A stretch of 62,991 nucleotides of DNA, filler included, from Octopus bimaculoides (GCF_001194135.2; 5 parts of 5 records of this genome joined end to end with filler, not necessarily neighbours in it), one strand, 5' to 3'. Counted from the first letter of the whole stretch, positions 39,532 through 50,910 are shown. The notes: a model not told the origin generated them from the letters alone. A program made the numbers and translations.

Positions 39532-40631
39532 CTGTAAAATTGGTATGAAGAAAAACGGAACAATTACGAAATGTTTATCTACAAATAAATAAAGAAAAAA
39601 AAAGAAATGTAACCAATTGATAGTTAAATTTTAAACAAGACAGCAAAGAAAAGAAAAAAGAAGAAATAAAAGATATTATCTTGCTTATGTGTGTGTGTGT
39701 GTGTGAACAAAAATATGCAATAATTCTTAAGATGTCATGGTGTGCGATTACACATTAGCCTTCCATTGTTTCCTCCTTATCATCAACTTCACTGCCATTA
39801 CTGGTTAAATATACCAATCCACATCAGAAGAGATTATAGGAATACGGTGAGAGTTCTTTGCCACTAGAGATCAGGAAGAGTTCCATCTTCTTTGTAGAAT
39901 TTGTGGAAAGCCAGAACAAAACTTGTGGGATAAATTCTGAGGGAAATTTCTTCTAGAGTTATGCCTCTTGAACAAGGATCATAATGCTTTCATGATGTAA
40001 GGAGTAAATGCTAAAAGTAGTGTTGGGGCTGGAGTGCAGGTGAAATGGGGTTGATGTGTATTCAGAGGAAGGGGATAACAAAAAATGGGGATATAGTCAA
40101 TCTTAAAATCATGTATTGACAAATGCAGGTATGTGCATGTGCATATATTTGTATTTAATAATACACACATATACATACATGTCCACACATGACTTGAACA
40201 TTGACTACTCTCCATTTACCACATTCAACACCTCACGTCCCTGCACACACATCAACCCCATCCCATATGTATTCCAGCCCTACACCCATAATGTAAGAAG
40301 TAACATTTCTTACACTATGAATGCACCCTGATCCTTGTCCAAGGAGCATAATTCTAGAAGGAATCCTCTGGACTTCTCCTATGGCTTTTTCCATTCTGGT
40401 CTTTCACAACACCCACAAACCATATGTGATACTCTTTGACTTCCAGTATGAAAAGCTACTACTATACACTCCCTTATCAGCTCTTCTAACAAGTGCTGGG
40501 AGTAAATTTTTCCCAGACTCTTGTGTGAGAAGCCCATTGATAAAATTGGCTGAAATGGACTTCTGATACTTGTATTCTATAATGAATATTAATATACCCA
40601 CAGTGTTGACAAATATATAAGTGCTTCTTAT

Positions 40632-40662
<31 letters not shown>

Positions 40663-41170
40663 AACATACATGAGTGTTTGCATCCCTGCAACTTAGCAGT
40701 TCAGCAAAAGTGACCAATAGAATAAGTACTAGGCTAACAAAGAATAAGTTCTGGGGTCGATTTGTTCAACTAAAGGCGGTGCTCCAGTATGGCCACAGTC
40801 AAATGACTAAAACAAATAAAAGAAAAGAAAAGAAAAGAATATATATATATATATATAGATATATATATATATATATANNNNNNNNNNNNNNNNNNNNNNN
40901 NNNNNNNNNNNNNNNNNNNNNNNNNNNNNNNNNNNNNNNNNNNNNNNNNNNNNNNNNNNNNNNNNNNNNNNNNNNNNNNNNNNNNNNNNNNNNNNNNNNN
41001 NNNNNNNNNNNNNNNNNNNNNNNNNNNNNNNNNNNNNNNNNNNNNNNNNNNNNNNNNNNNNNNNNNNNNNNNNNNNNNNNNNNNNNNNNNNNNNNNNNNN
41101 NNNNNNNNNNNNNNNNNNNNNNNNNNNNNNNNNNNNNNNNNNNNNNNNNNNNNNNNNNNNNNNNNNNNNN

Positions 41171-41220
<50 letters not shown>

Positions 41221-41224
41221 TATC

Positions 41225-41520
41225 AACCCCAGAACCTATCCTTTCTAAGCCTGGTACTTAGTCTATCAGTCTCTTTTGCCGAAATACTAAGTTTTGGGGA
41301 TGTAAACATACCAACATCAGTTGTCAAACGATGGTGGGGGGACATACACACACACATAAACATATATTGTGGGCTTCTTTCAGTTTCTATCTACCAAATC
41401 CACTCACAAGACTTTGGTTGGCCTGAGGCTATAGTAGAAGACATTTGCCAAGATGCCACACAGTGGGACTGAACCTGGAACCATGTGGTTGAGAGCAAAC
41501 TTTTTACCACACAACCACGC
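41225..41520 (-). mobile_element. SINE family A
   Basis: Homologous to 5893-6324, including the head and internal (CA)n. Confidence 0.8.
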
Positions 41521-41534
41521 ATATATATATGTAT

Positions 41535-41925
41535 GTCATTGTTCAGTTTTATTTCAAGATTTCTTGTCAATAGAGAAAGAGCTGGTTTCTAACCGAGATC
41601 CAAGACTCGGTCACTGGAATTTCTCATAATTGGTATTTAGGCAGTGTGTTACATATCCCAGGGCCCCAATAATTACAGGTATAAACCTGAACTCGTAATC
41701 TGGATAGAGTAACTGCAGATTTCTCAATAGTTCAGGGTATATATTCTCTTTATCACTGATCTTCAGCTTTATGTAAACATCCACTGGACAGCTAATTTCC
41801 ATAACTGTACACAGTTTCTCTTCTCTATCCCAAATCATTATATCAGGTCTGTTGTGCTTACAGTTTATTGAGGTTTTCATTGGGACATTCCACCAATAGT
41901 CCTTTTTACTATAAGTGGCTATTTT
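41535..41925 (-). mobile_element. 5'-truncated RLE retrotransposon copy next to (CATA)n
   Basis: MKTSINCKHNRPDIMIWDREEKLCTVMEISCPVD..PVIIGALGYV. The 3' UTR GGATCTCGGTTAGAAACC..CTGAACAATGACATACATA matches 14823-14900. Confidence 0.9.
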
Positions 41926-42599
41926 ATATGTATGTGTATGTATGTGTGTATGTAGGCATGTACATATGTATGTATGTATATATTGTTGATGAAGATGAAA
42001 GATAAATGTCTAACACACCTCTTATTAGTGTGTGTGTGTGTGTGTGTGTGTGGTGACAAGGAAGATAAGGAAGACGAGATGGAATACTAATATGCTATCC
42101 CTCACCACATGGCATCTTAACAGTTAGTTATTGCAGTTTCTCTCTTTCTATAATGATAATGCAATATAATCATCTTCCAACAGTTTCATTTACTCCTAGT
42201 TGATAACATTCTATTTCATTTTACTTTTGTCTTCCTTTCTAAATTTTTATTACTCTCTATCTCTCTCTCTCTCATGCACTCTCCCTCTCTTTCTCATGCA
42301 CTCTCTCTCTATTAAATCTAATTATAAATTAATAAAACTGTTTTTAAAATGTCATGCTTTACCATAAGGTGCTCTAACTTGTTTGTAGCAATTTCTTCAA
42401 AGGCATTGAACTTCTGAAGGAAACTCTCTGTATTTCCCTTGTTGTTTTCCTCAATTAGGTTACGAAGTGTATCTCTCCAATCTTTACTTTGCTGAGTTCC
42501 TTTAAAATCTTCCTTCTGATAATCTTCAATTTGACCTACTGTATTTAACATCTCTTTATGATCCTGAAGCAATGAAAGTGGAAACAAATTAGATAAATA

Positions 42600-43000
42600 T
42601 TGGCACAAGGCAGGCAAATTTAGGGGAGGTGATAAGTCGATTACATCAACCCCAGTTCTCAATTGATACTTATTTTATCCCAAAAAAATGATAGGTGAAG
42701 TTGACCTTGGCAGAATTTCTACTGAAAACATAAAGACGGACAAAATTCCACTAAGTATTTTGCCTGGTATGCTAACGATTCTAGCAACTCAAATTTTGGT
42801 TTCAAATCTTGGCACAAGGCCAGCAATTTTGAGGTAGGGAGTAAGTCAATTACATTAACCCCAGTGCTTAGTTGGAACTTGTTTTATCAACTCTGAAAGA
42901 ATAAGAGTCTACTTTGGCAGAATTTGAACTCAGAATGTAAAGACATGAAATGCCACTAAGCATTTTGCCCGGCATGCTAATGATTCTGCCAGCTTCTCAC
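42600..43000 (-). mobile_element. Tandem pair of family B SINEs
   Basis: Two reverse copies starting TTGGCACAAGGC at about 42601 and 42810. Confidence 0.75.
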
Positions 43001-43181
43001 CCTAAATTTGACAAATATTAGCAGGATTTTTTGGAGCACACTTGTGCAGGGTAGCATACTTCTGCAAATTTAAATAATTCATTATTTTTTTAAAGAGATT
43101 TTGCTTGAATTTTTGTTATTAAGAAATAACACTTTATATCTTTGATGGGTGTGTATGTATCTATGTGTATACATACATATA

Positions 43182-43395
43182 CAGGGGCTGAAAAGTTCCT
43201 GGCTTTGGGTAAAAGAAAATACAGGAGGATCAGTTAAGTATAATTTTATTCAGCATACTCCCCACTCAGATTCACACACTTATTGCAGCAGTCCTTCAGT
43301 TTCTCTAAGCCCTGTAAAAGAACTCGTAAGGTTGGGCCCCCAACCAGGCCTTTCGCGACACCCTTAAAGCCAAGAACTTTTCAGCACCCCCATCG
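43182..43395 (-). mobile_element. Mariner-derived MITE
   Basis: TIRs CAGGGGCTGAAAAGTTCCTGGCTTT / AAAGCCAAGAACTTTTCAGCACCCC after TA. The internal minus strand encodes a mariner-like C-terminus GLEKLKDCCNKCVNLSGEYAE*. Confidence 0.85.
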
Positions 43396-44012
43396 CACAA
43401 TACTTTACACAGAAATATAGTGTATATCACCTTGACTGAATATATTCATAATTAAAGGAATTATACGATGACCTTTCTGTCTTTTTAGAGATGGGATGTC
43501 TGGAGGATTACATTGTTCAATGTGTCATTTACTTCTTAAGACAGTTGGTTGTGTTCGGAGGGAGATTTGGCTACTATTTCTAACAGATCATATGACTGAA
43601 TAGAAGCTCTCTCATTTACTCAAGGAATTGTTTGTAGTGAGGAAAGTTGTTGAAGAGTGTGATAAATAGGAGAAGCAAATATTTAAAATGAGCCCTGCAA
43701 GGTGTAGTGGCTGCTACAGCAAGCGTTGCCCACCATTCTCCACAACAATGCCACTGCGGGGCATGGCTGAGCACCCCACTTGTTCTGGAATATGTAGCCC
43801 GTCGCCCCCTCCACCTCCATCTTACACTGTTTTACCTATCCCCACTTTTCCTTTTCTCTTTTCTTTCTTTTTCTTTCTCATCTCACTTCATTCCTGCTTC
43901 TTTGTATGTGTGAATAATTATAATTAAAGAGATATTTAAAATCCTCTAAAGTCTATGTCCGATGTAAACAAACAAGTTTGTTTTTGAAGCATTGAAATGT
44001 ATTGTAGAACAA

Positions 44013-44186
44013 GTAGAAAGATAAATTTTAATCAATGCAGAGATGCTGAACAGTATATATATAAAGGATAAAACCCTTTTTTTTTCTTTTAAAAGCAGAA
44101 AAATTTGTCGGCAGCCAACCACGAGGATCGAACTCACACTCCTCCAATGTCCAGTTGAAATGCTCTACCATTTAAGCTAAGCTGCC
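44013..44186 (-). mobile_element. tRNA-derived short element (cloverleaf-like head plus AT-rich tail)
   Basis: GGCAGCTTAGCTTAAATGGTAGAGC..GAGTTCGATCCTC..GGCTGCC (44186-44110) has A/B boxes and paired ends but extra bases before the acceptor stem. An inverted copy lies at 44650-44813. Confidence 0.7.
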
Positions 44187-44277
44187 TGGCCACCAAACCT
44201 TTCTGCTTTTAAAAGAAAAAAAAGGATTTTATCCTTTATATATATATATATATATACTGTTCAGTATNNNNNNNNNN

Positions 44278-44435
44278 ATCTGGTTCACCAGTCCTCAGTC
44301 AAATCGTCCAACCCATACCAGCATGGAAGGCGGACATTAAACGAAGATGATGATGATCATCATCATCTTCGTTTAATGTCCGCCTTCCATGCTGGTATGG
44401 GTTGGACGATTTGACTGAGGACTGGTGAACCAGAT
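44278..44435. repeat. Perfect 158-bp palindrome of a family C SINE tail, abutting a gap
   Basis: Arms are exact reverse complements with no loop; centre between 44356 and 44357. Confidence 0.95.
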
Positions 44436-44649
44436 GGCTGCACCAGGCTCCAATCTGATCTGGCAGAGTTTCTACAGTTGGATGCCCTTCCTAATACCAA
44501 CCACTCCAAGGGTATAGTGGGTGCTTTTACGTGCCACCGGCACGAGGGTCAGTCAGGCGGTACTGGCAACGGCCACACTCAAATGGTGTTTTTACGTGCC
44601 ACCTGCACAGGAGCCAGTCCAGCGGGATTGGCAATGACCTTGTTCGAAT

Positions 44650-44813
44650 ATGGTAGAGTATTCCAACCGAATATTGGAGGGGTGTGAGTTCGATCCTCAT
44701 GGCTGGCTGCTGACAAATTTTTCTGCTTTTAAAAGAAAAAAAAGGATTTTATCTGTTATATATACATATATACTGTTCAGTATCTATGCGTTGATTAAAA
44801 TGTATCTTTCTAC
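44650..44813 (+). mobile_element. Second, inverted copy of the tRNA-derived element
   Basis: TGGTAGAGTATTCCAACCGAATATTGGAGGGGTGTGAGTTCGATCCTC plus the same tail as 44013-44105. Confidence 0.7.
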
Positions 44814-45244
44814 CTCCTCTAAAGTCTGTCTCACTATTCCCAATGTATTTTATATTCTAAACAACATCTTGATAATGTGAAAGTTTTTTTACTAAATTCT
44901 TCATTATTTTCAAAATTAATTGACATGAAGGCTGAGTATTTCAAATTTGGAAGCACAAAGCTTAAATATATTTTCATGGTGAGTAATGTATCATTGCCCA
45001 TTGTACTCTTTAAGAACAGAAATCCATTTTCTGCAAATTAAACAGGCTGATTTACCTTTCAATTTTCAAAAGAAAAACAAAAAATTAAACAATTTTTGAA
45101 ACAAAGAATTATATCTAAATCTGTTCACTGTTTTCTTTTGGCATTATTCTATATTCACATGAACTATTCTTTGCTTTAGCAAATATATGAATTGTTGGCA
45201 AATATATAAACTGTAGATAAAATAATTTGTAAAATTAGAATTAC

Positions 45245-45270
45245 CTTTTAACAAAAGCAGTACACTATCA
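45245..45270 (-). CDS. Candidate 26-bp coding exon of the unidentified minus-strand gene
   Basis: Acceptor aataacctcttttcAG, donor AAG|GTAATT. The only open frame is DSVLLLLK, ending in phase 1 and giving G+AT = Asp with exon 39441-39531. Confidence 0.4.
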
Positions 45271-46154
45271 CTGAAAAGAGGTTATTTCCATTTTTAAGAT
45301 ACTTTTCACTCAACCACCTGTGAGCTATTATAGCTAAGTCTCATTATTTCGTTTTTTGAAATGCTGGATAACTCTTTAAAATTACTAATATCCACATCAG
45401 ATATATTAACAAAATTTGGCTGATTTTGCTGTAAAAGACTTCTTTCAGCAGCTAGCACTGTTTCAGCTGCAAAACCTTTTTGTTATCATGCATATCACTT
45501 GAGTTCATTTGGACAAATATATACAAAAAATTTAGAGAAAGAAAACTTCTGCTTGGTTCACTGTGAATAAATAAAGTGAAGGGAAAAAGGTCACAACACT
45601 GTGTGTGATATTGATTTATAAGCTTCTTTTTCATTGGATGAGACATCAAAAGATTCCCTATGGTGTTCTGATTTGATTTATCAGAACTAGTGTCATTCAG
45701 GACTCTGACTCTGAATGCACGCTAACAATATATATTTTACAGAATATTTTTAAAATAAAAAAAATAAAATTAGGTCATATGTTTAATACTCCTACATCAT
45801 CCAGCCCACTGACTTGTTAAAAATAGCAGGCAAATTACCCATAAATCATACCTGACTATTTTTAAAAAGATGATATTTAAGACCACATTGGATGATGTAG
45901 TTTTAGATACGCAGTACTTGAAAACCAAAAAGGGAAAATAGAATAGCCATGACCGAAGCTCTTTTGATCATAGGTCTATTCTATCAGAGCCAATTTGGAG
46001 CAAAACAATATTAACAATTAACAAACATAATCACTAATTATCACATGTAACTGCTGCCCTGTGAAATCTTTTTTTTTTTTGCTTATATGATCTATGTTAA
46101 CTATAATTAACTTTTTGCTGATTGTGTGCCAAACTTAACTCTTAATTCTTTCAC

Positions 46155-46545
46155 CCACTAGAAGGTGGTCTGATCAAGGTTACTGAACCTATTGAGCATC
46201 TTAATATTGATTTTAAAGGACCATTGATGTCAACCATTATCTTACAAGAATCTCTTTGTGGACATTAATGATTGTCATGCTTTGATTTTGCAAAACATTA
46301 TCCAAATATGAAGCTGTTATAAAGTGTCAAGATCAAATCTTTAGATTGAATGGCGCCACTAGATACATCCACTCTGATCATGGTGCATAGCTGCTGACAA
46401 AAGATGGTTTAAATAAACAGAGTCATCACATGTAAAACTGCACATTACAACTCATGTGATAATGGCCAAATTGAATGCTACAATAGGATTATTTGGAAAG
46501 TTGGTAAATTAGCCCTCACAACACTAAATAAACATATTTGAATTA
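46155..46545 (+). mobile_element. Gypsy-type LTR retrotransposon integrase remnant
   Basis: LIKVTEPIEHLNIDFKGPL..RYIHSDHG..NGQIECYNRIIWKVGKLAL matches the rve D-D-E core; multiple stops and frameshifts. Confidence 0.8.
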
Positions 46546-46734
46546 TCTTATTAGTTCACTCACATCACTGATTTTTAAATCCAAAAATGCCCAAGTGGAC
46601 TGTGGGCAATACCCTTAGTACCCTAATATCATTATTTTAATGTCCACATTTCCATGCTTGCCTGGGTCGGATGGAATTTGTTGAGGCAAATTTTCTACAG
46701 CCAGATGCCCTTCCTGTCACCAACCCTCACCTCA

Positions 46735-47096
46735 TCATCATCATCATCATCGTTTAACGTCTGCCTTCCATGCTAGCATGGGTTGGACGATTTGACTGAG
46801 GACTGGTGAAACCGGATGGCAACACCAGGCTCCAATCTAATTTGGCAGAGTTTCTACACCTGGATGCCCTTCCTAACGCCAACCACTCAGAGAGTGTAGT
46901 GGGTGCTTTTACGTGTCACCCGCACGAAAACGGCCACGCTCGAAATGGTGTCTTTTATGTGCCACCCGCACAAGAGCCAGTCCAGGGTCACTGGCAACGA
47001 TCTCGCTCGAAAGATATCATGTGTCGCCCGCACATGAGCCAGTCCAGGGGCACTGGCAACGATCCCGCTTGAACGATTTCATGTGTCACCCGCACA
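46735..47096 (-). mobile_element. Family C SINE with an internal 62-bp tandem repeat, cut by the scaffold join
   Basis: (ATC)n tail and GGATGCCCTTCCTAACGCCAACC motif. Units start at 46957, 47019 and 47081 (period 62). Confidence 0.85.
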
Positions 47097-47196
47097 NNNN
47101 NNNNNNNNNNNNNNNNNNNNNNNNNNNNNNNNNNNNNNNNTTAATTAATTAANNNNNNNNNNNNNNNNNNNNNNNNNNNNNNNNNNNNNNNNNNNN
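47097..47196. other. Artificial scaffold join: 44 N + TTAATTAATTAA + 44 N
   Basis: Same 100-bp spacer. Confidence 0.95.
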
Positions 47197-48560
47197 ATAT
47201 ATATATATATACATATGTCAATAGAGACCTTAAATGTATGTACGCTTGTATGTATTTAACTATATTTTAGAGTAATAAAATAAACAAAATAACATGAGTT
47301 TGGTGATCACATTTTAGATATTTCGTCTCAATTTTTGGCTTAAATCGAAATTTGTAATTATTTTTATTATTCTGCTATCGAATACATCGTTATACGTTTG
47401 AGTATAGAATCTCACGTTGTAGATTTTATAAAACATATTGTTCTGAAACTTTCATAGAAGAAGAATTTTATGTGTTTACATACACAAATCAATCTATTTT
47501 GAAATAGAACCTTTAGCTAAAAGCTTCCTTCTCATCTGAATTAATTAAAGCATATCTCAATGATGGTGACTGTATCTTTCGAACTGAACCTTAAAAATAG
47601 TAAAGTAACTCGTGGATATTCTGTACCCCTCAGCAAAATATTATGAGGTTGTCAATATTCATTCCACTCCTTTTAGATAGGCTGGACAAAATGAGAATTA
47701 ACTGTTTTAGCCGTGGACTCAAGTGCTGGAATATATACAGCAATTCTCATCATTAATAGACCACAGAATATTAAATTAAAAGCGAATGAAAATTACAGAG
47801 TATATTTGAACACCGTGGAAAAATTTGGAAACGAACTGTTCCTCCTATGACTGTCAGTTTGAATTCTGAATCCACCCGTTTCAGCTGCTTCACCACTTGG
47901 TTAAACGAGCTGCCCAAAAGCACATTCTTTCACTTAAATACCTAATGCCTATGCTATAAATATCTGTGCAAGAATACTTTTACCATAATATACTTAGCGT
48001 TTGGCAAAGCGCAACAACACGGAATAATTGATTTACCTTATGTAGATTCCTGTTAATGCTTTTATGGGTTTACGAATAAGACATCTTTACAGCGTATAAT
48101 CAGATCTATGAAAGAACAGTACAGCTTAAACCCTTATATTGTTTTCGGTAATGCTTTGTGAAAATATTTGGTCGGACCACTCAAAGGATGTATAGCTGAT
48201 TTACATGAAAGATAGTTAAATAGCATATTTATAGATTGATCAAAATGATATTAAAAACTGCATTGAATATATGGAATATGTATTCGAGTTGGAGAGATGA
48301 ACAAAGGCAAAGGCCTTCTATTTCTTGGCATACAATTTATTGGTATATCAGATGCAAGGATCGAGTATGTTCTTCTTGTATGCTGATTATTTACAGCGCA
48401 TATTTGTTTTTGTTTTCTTAGTTTCATAATATTTTTTCATAATATCTGTCTTGTACTTGGAAAGTGGTTTCATATGAGGTTTAGTTAAGTGTACAAAAGA
48501 ATCAGAGAATATCTTAACTGCACGAACGGCTTAGAAACATGTAAACTTACTGAAACGCCG

Positions 48561-48651
<91 letters not shown>

Positions 48652-48654
<3 letters not shown>

Positions 48655-49030
48655 CAGTGAGCTGGTGTAATCGTTAGCACGAATTTCGTCTGCCATTACG
48701 CTTTGAGTTCAAATTCTGCTGAGGTCGACCTTACCTTTTATCCTTTCGGGGGGGTCGATAAATTAAGTATCATTTAAGCACTGGTGTCGATGTAATCGAT
48801 TCATCTCCTCCCCCAGAATGCCTGCTCTTGTGGCAAAATTTGAAACCATGATTATTATTATTATTAAAGCGGCGAGCTGGCAGAATCGTTAGAAAGCCGG
48901 TCGAAACGCTTAGCGGTATTTCGTCTGCCACAACTCTCTGAGTTCAAATTCCACCGAGGTTGACTTTGCCTTTCATCCTTTCTGGATCGATAAATTAAGT
49001 ACCAGTTATGCACTGGGGTCGATGAAATCA
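48652..49030 (+). mobile_element. Tandem pair of family B SINEs following (ATT)n
   Basis: (ATT)n at 48563-48650, copy 1 to about 48850, short (ATT)n, then copy 2 starting AAAGCGGCGAGCTGGCAGAATCGTTAG. Confidence 0.85.
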
Positions 49031-50388
49031 GGAAGAATACTCAGAAAATAAAACAAACGACTCCAATTTTCTTTCTGTTTCTTTTCGTTCTCAATACCTT
49101 TTATTACCATCATTTTGGGGGAAACTGCGATCGGACTGAACTTTATCTTGTAAGATACAACAATGGAACATAGGTTATAACATTGGATAGCAATATGAAT
49201 ATTACAATATCACGCTATCTTCTACATCTTACCATATGAGAATAAAGAATGGTTTTTAATATATGAACACGGCCACGCATTTGAGGTTGCAGCCGGTTGA
49301 AGACGAAGATTGTAATAACATTTATAACAAATGTATCACAATCTTCATGGATTTAAACATAACAGAAATATGCAATGTAAAATATCAGCATGCAAGAAGA
49401 ACACACTCGATCCTTGCATCTGATATACCAATAAATTGTATGCCAAGAAGTAAATATGCTATAAATATGCTATTTAACTATCTTCCTTGTAAATCATTTA
49501 TACATTCTTTGAGTGGTCCGAGCAAATATTTTCACAAAGCATTACCGAAAACAATATGATGGTTTAAGCTGTTCTGTTCTTTCATAGATCTTCACGGATT
49601 AATATCTAGTATTTTAGTTGCTGGAAAATATTTACAAGTATTGTGTTTCAAACTTTATGTGCTGTTCGGTTGTAATTATAATTTATGATAATAATTTGTG
49701 ACTTATAATTAGTTTATAGCGATTGTAATTTTATTGTGATTCTTAACATATAATTATATATGCTGTTGTAAAGTATAGCCAGGCGATTATAGCTTATCAT
49801 TATAAACTCTAATTATAATTTTATTGCCATCATAATTTGAGTTTCTTCTTATATTACCTATCGATCGACTTTAGCATTTAGCATGTTATAAAACTTGTAG
49901 ATGAGAAATGAAGATGAAGTTTCATAACTCAAGCTCGGCCCATGGAAATGTTTACATACATGCATATGGAGAAAAAAACAACTGATACACAAGAGTAACA
50001 AGAAAAATATCTACCATAACAAAGCGTGATCCTCTCCAGAATGATTGATTCAACTTCGTCATCGATTAGCTCTGTGAAGTTTGATCAACAACTTTCAACT
50101 CACAAACAGTCGTTTCAGAAAAAACTTAAAAGTGAGAAGTTATATGAGTTATTTCTCTTTATCTTTTACTTTGGTTGTTTCAGCCAGTAAACTGCAGCCA
50201 TGCAGAGGCACTACCTTCAAAGGTTTTATCGCACAAATCCACCCAAATGCCTATTCTTAAGTGTGCATCTTATTCTATGAGTCGCTTTTGCCGAACCGTT
50301 GGAGTACCGGGAAGTGAACAAACCAACATCAGTTGTCAAGCAGTGGGTAAGGACAAGCGCAAAAACATAAACATAAAGGTACATGCAT

Positions 50389-50423
<35 letters not shown>

Positions 50424-50539
50424 NNNNNNNNNNNNNNNNNNNNNNNNNNNNNNNNNNNNNNNNNNNNNNNNNNNNNNNNNNNNNNNNNNNNNNNNNNNNN
50501 NNNNNNNNNNNNNNNNNNNNNNNNTACGTACATATATAT

Positions 50540-50910
50540 ACTCTTTTACTTGTTTCAGTAATTTGCTGGAGCACCGCCTTTAGTCGAGCAAATCGACCCC
50601 AAGACTTATTCTTTGTAAGCCTAGTACTTATTCTATCGGTCTCTTTTGTCGAACTGCTAAGTTACGGGGACATAAACACACCAGCATCGGTTGTCCAGTG
50701 ATGTTGGGTGGGGGGACAAACACAGACACACAAGCACACTCACACATATATACATATACATATATACGACGGGCTTCTTTAATTTCCGTCTACCAAATCC
50801 ACTCACAAGGCGTTGGTCGACCCGAGTTTATAGTAGAAGACACTTGCCGAAGGTGTCACTCAAAGGGACGGAATCCGAAACCACGTGGTTGCAAAAGGAT
50901 CTCCTCCTAA
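50540..50910 (-). mobile_element. SINE family A
   Basis: Homologous to 5893-6324; another tail fragment lies at about 50160-50370. Confidence 0.8.

Noticed and set aside
43688-43927. Cys-containing 79-aa ORF
   Set aside because: No recognisable domain, and the 3' half is a pyrimidine-rich low-complexity tract.
44109-44186. Possible tRNA gene
   Set aside because: Extra bases between the T arm and acceptor stem, a different anticodon loop in the second copy, and a shared repeat tail indicate a SINE head.
46957-47096. CRISPR-like regularly spaced repeats
   Set aside because: The units are a plain tandem repeat without unique spacers, in eukaryotic DNA with no cas genes.
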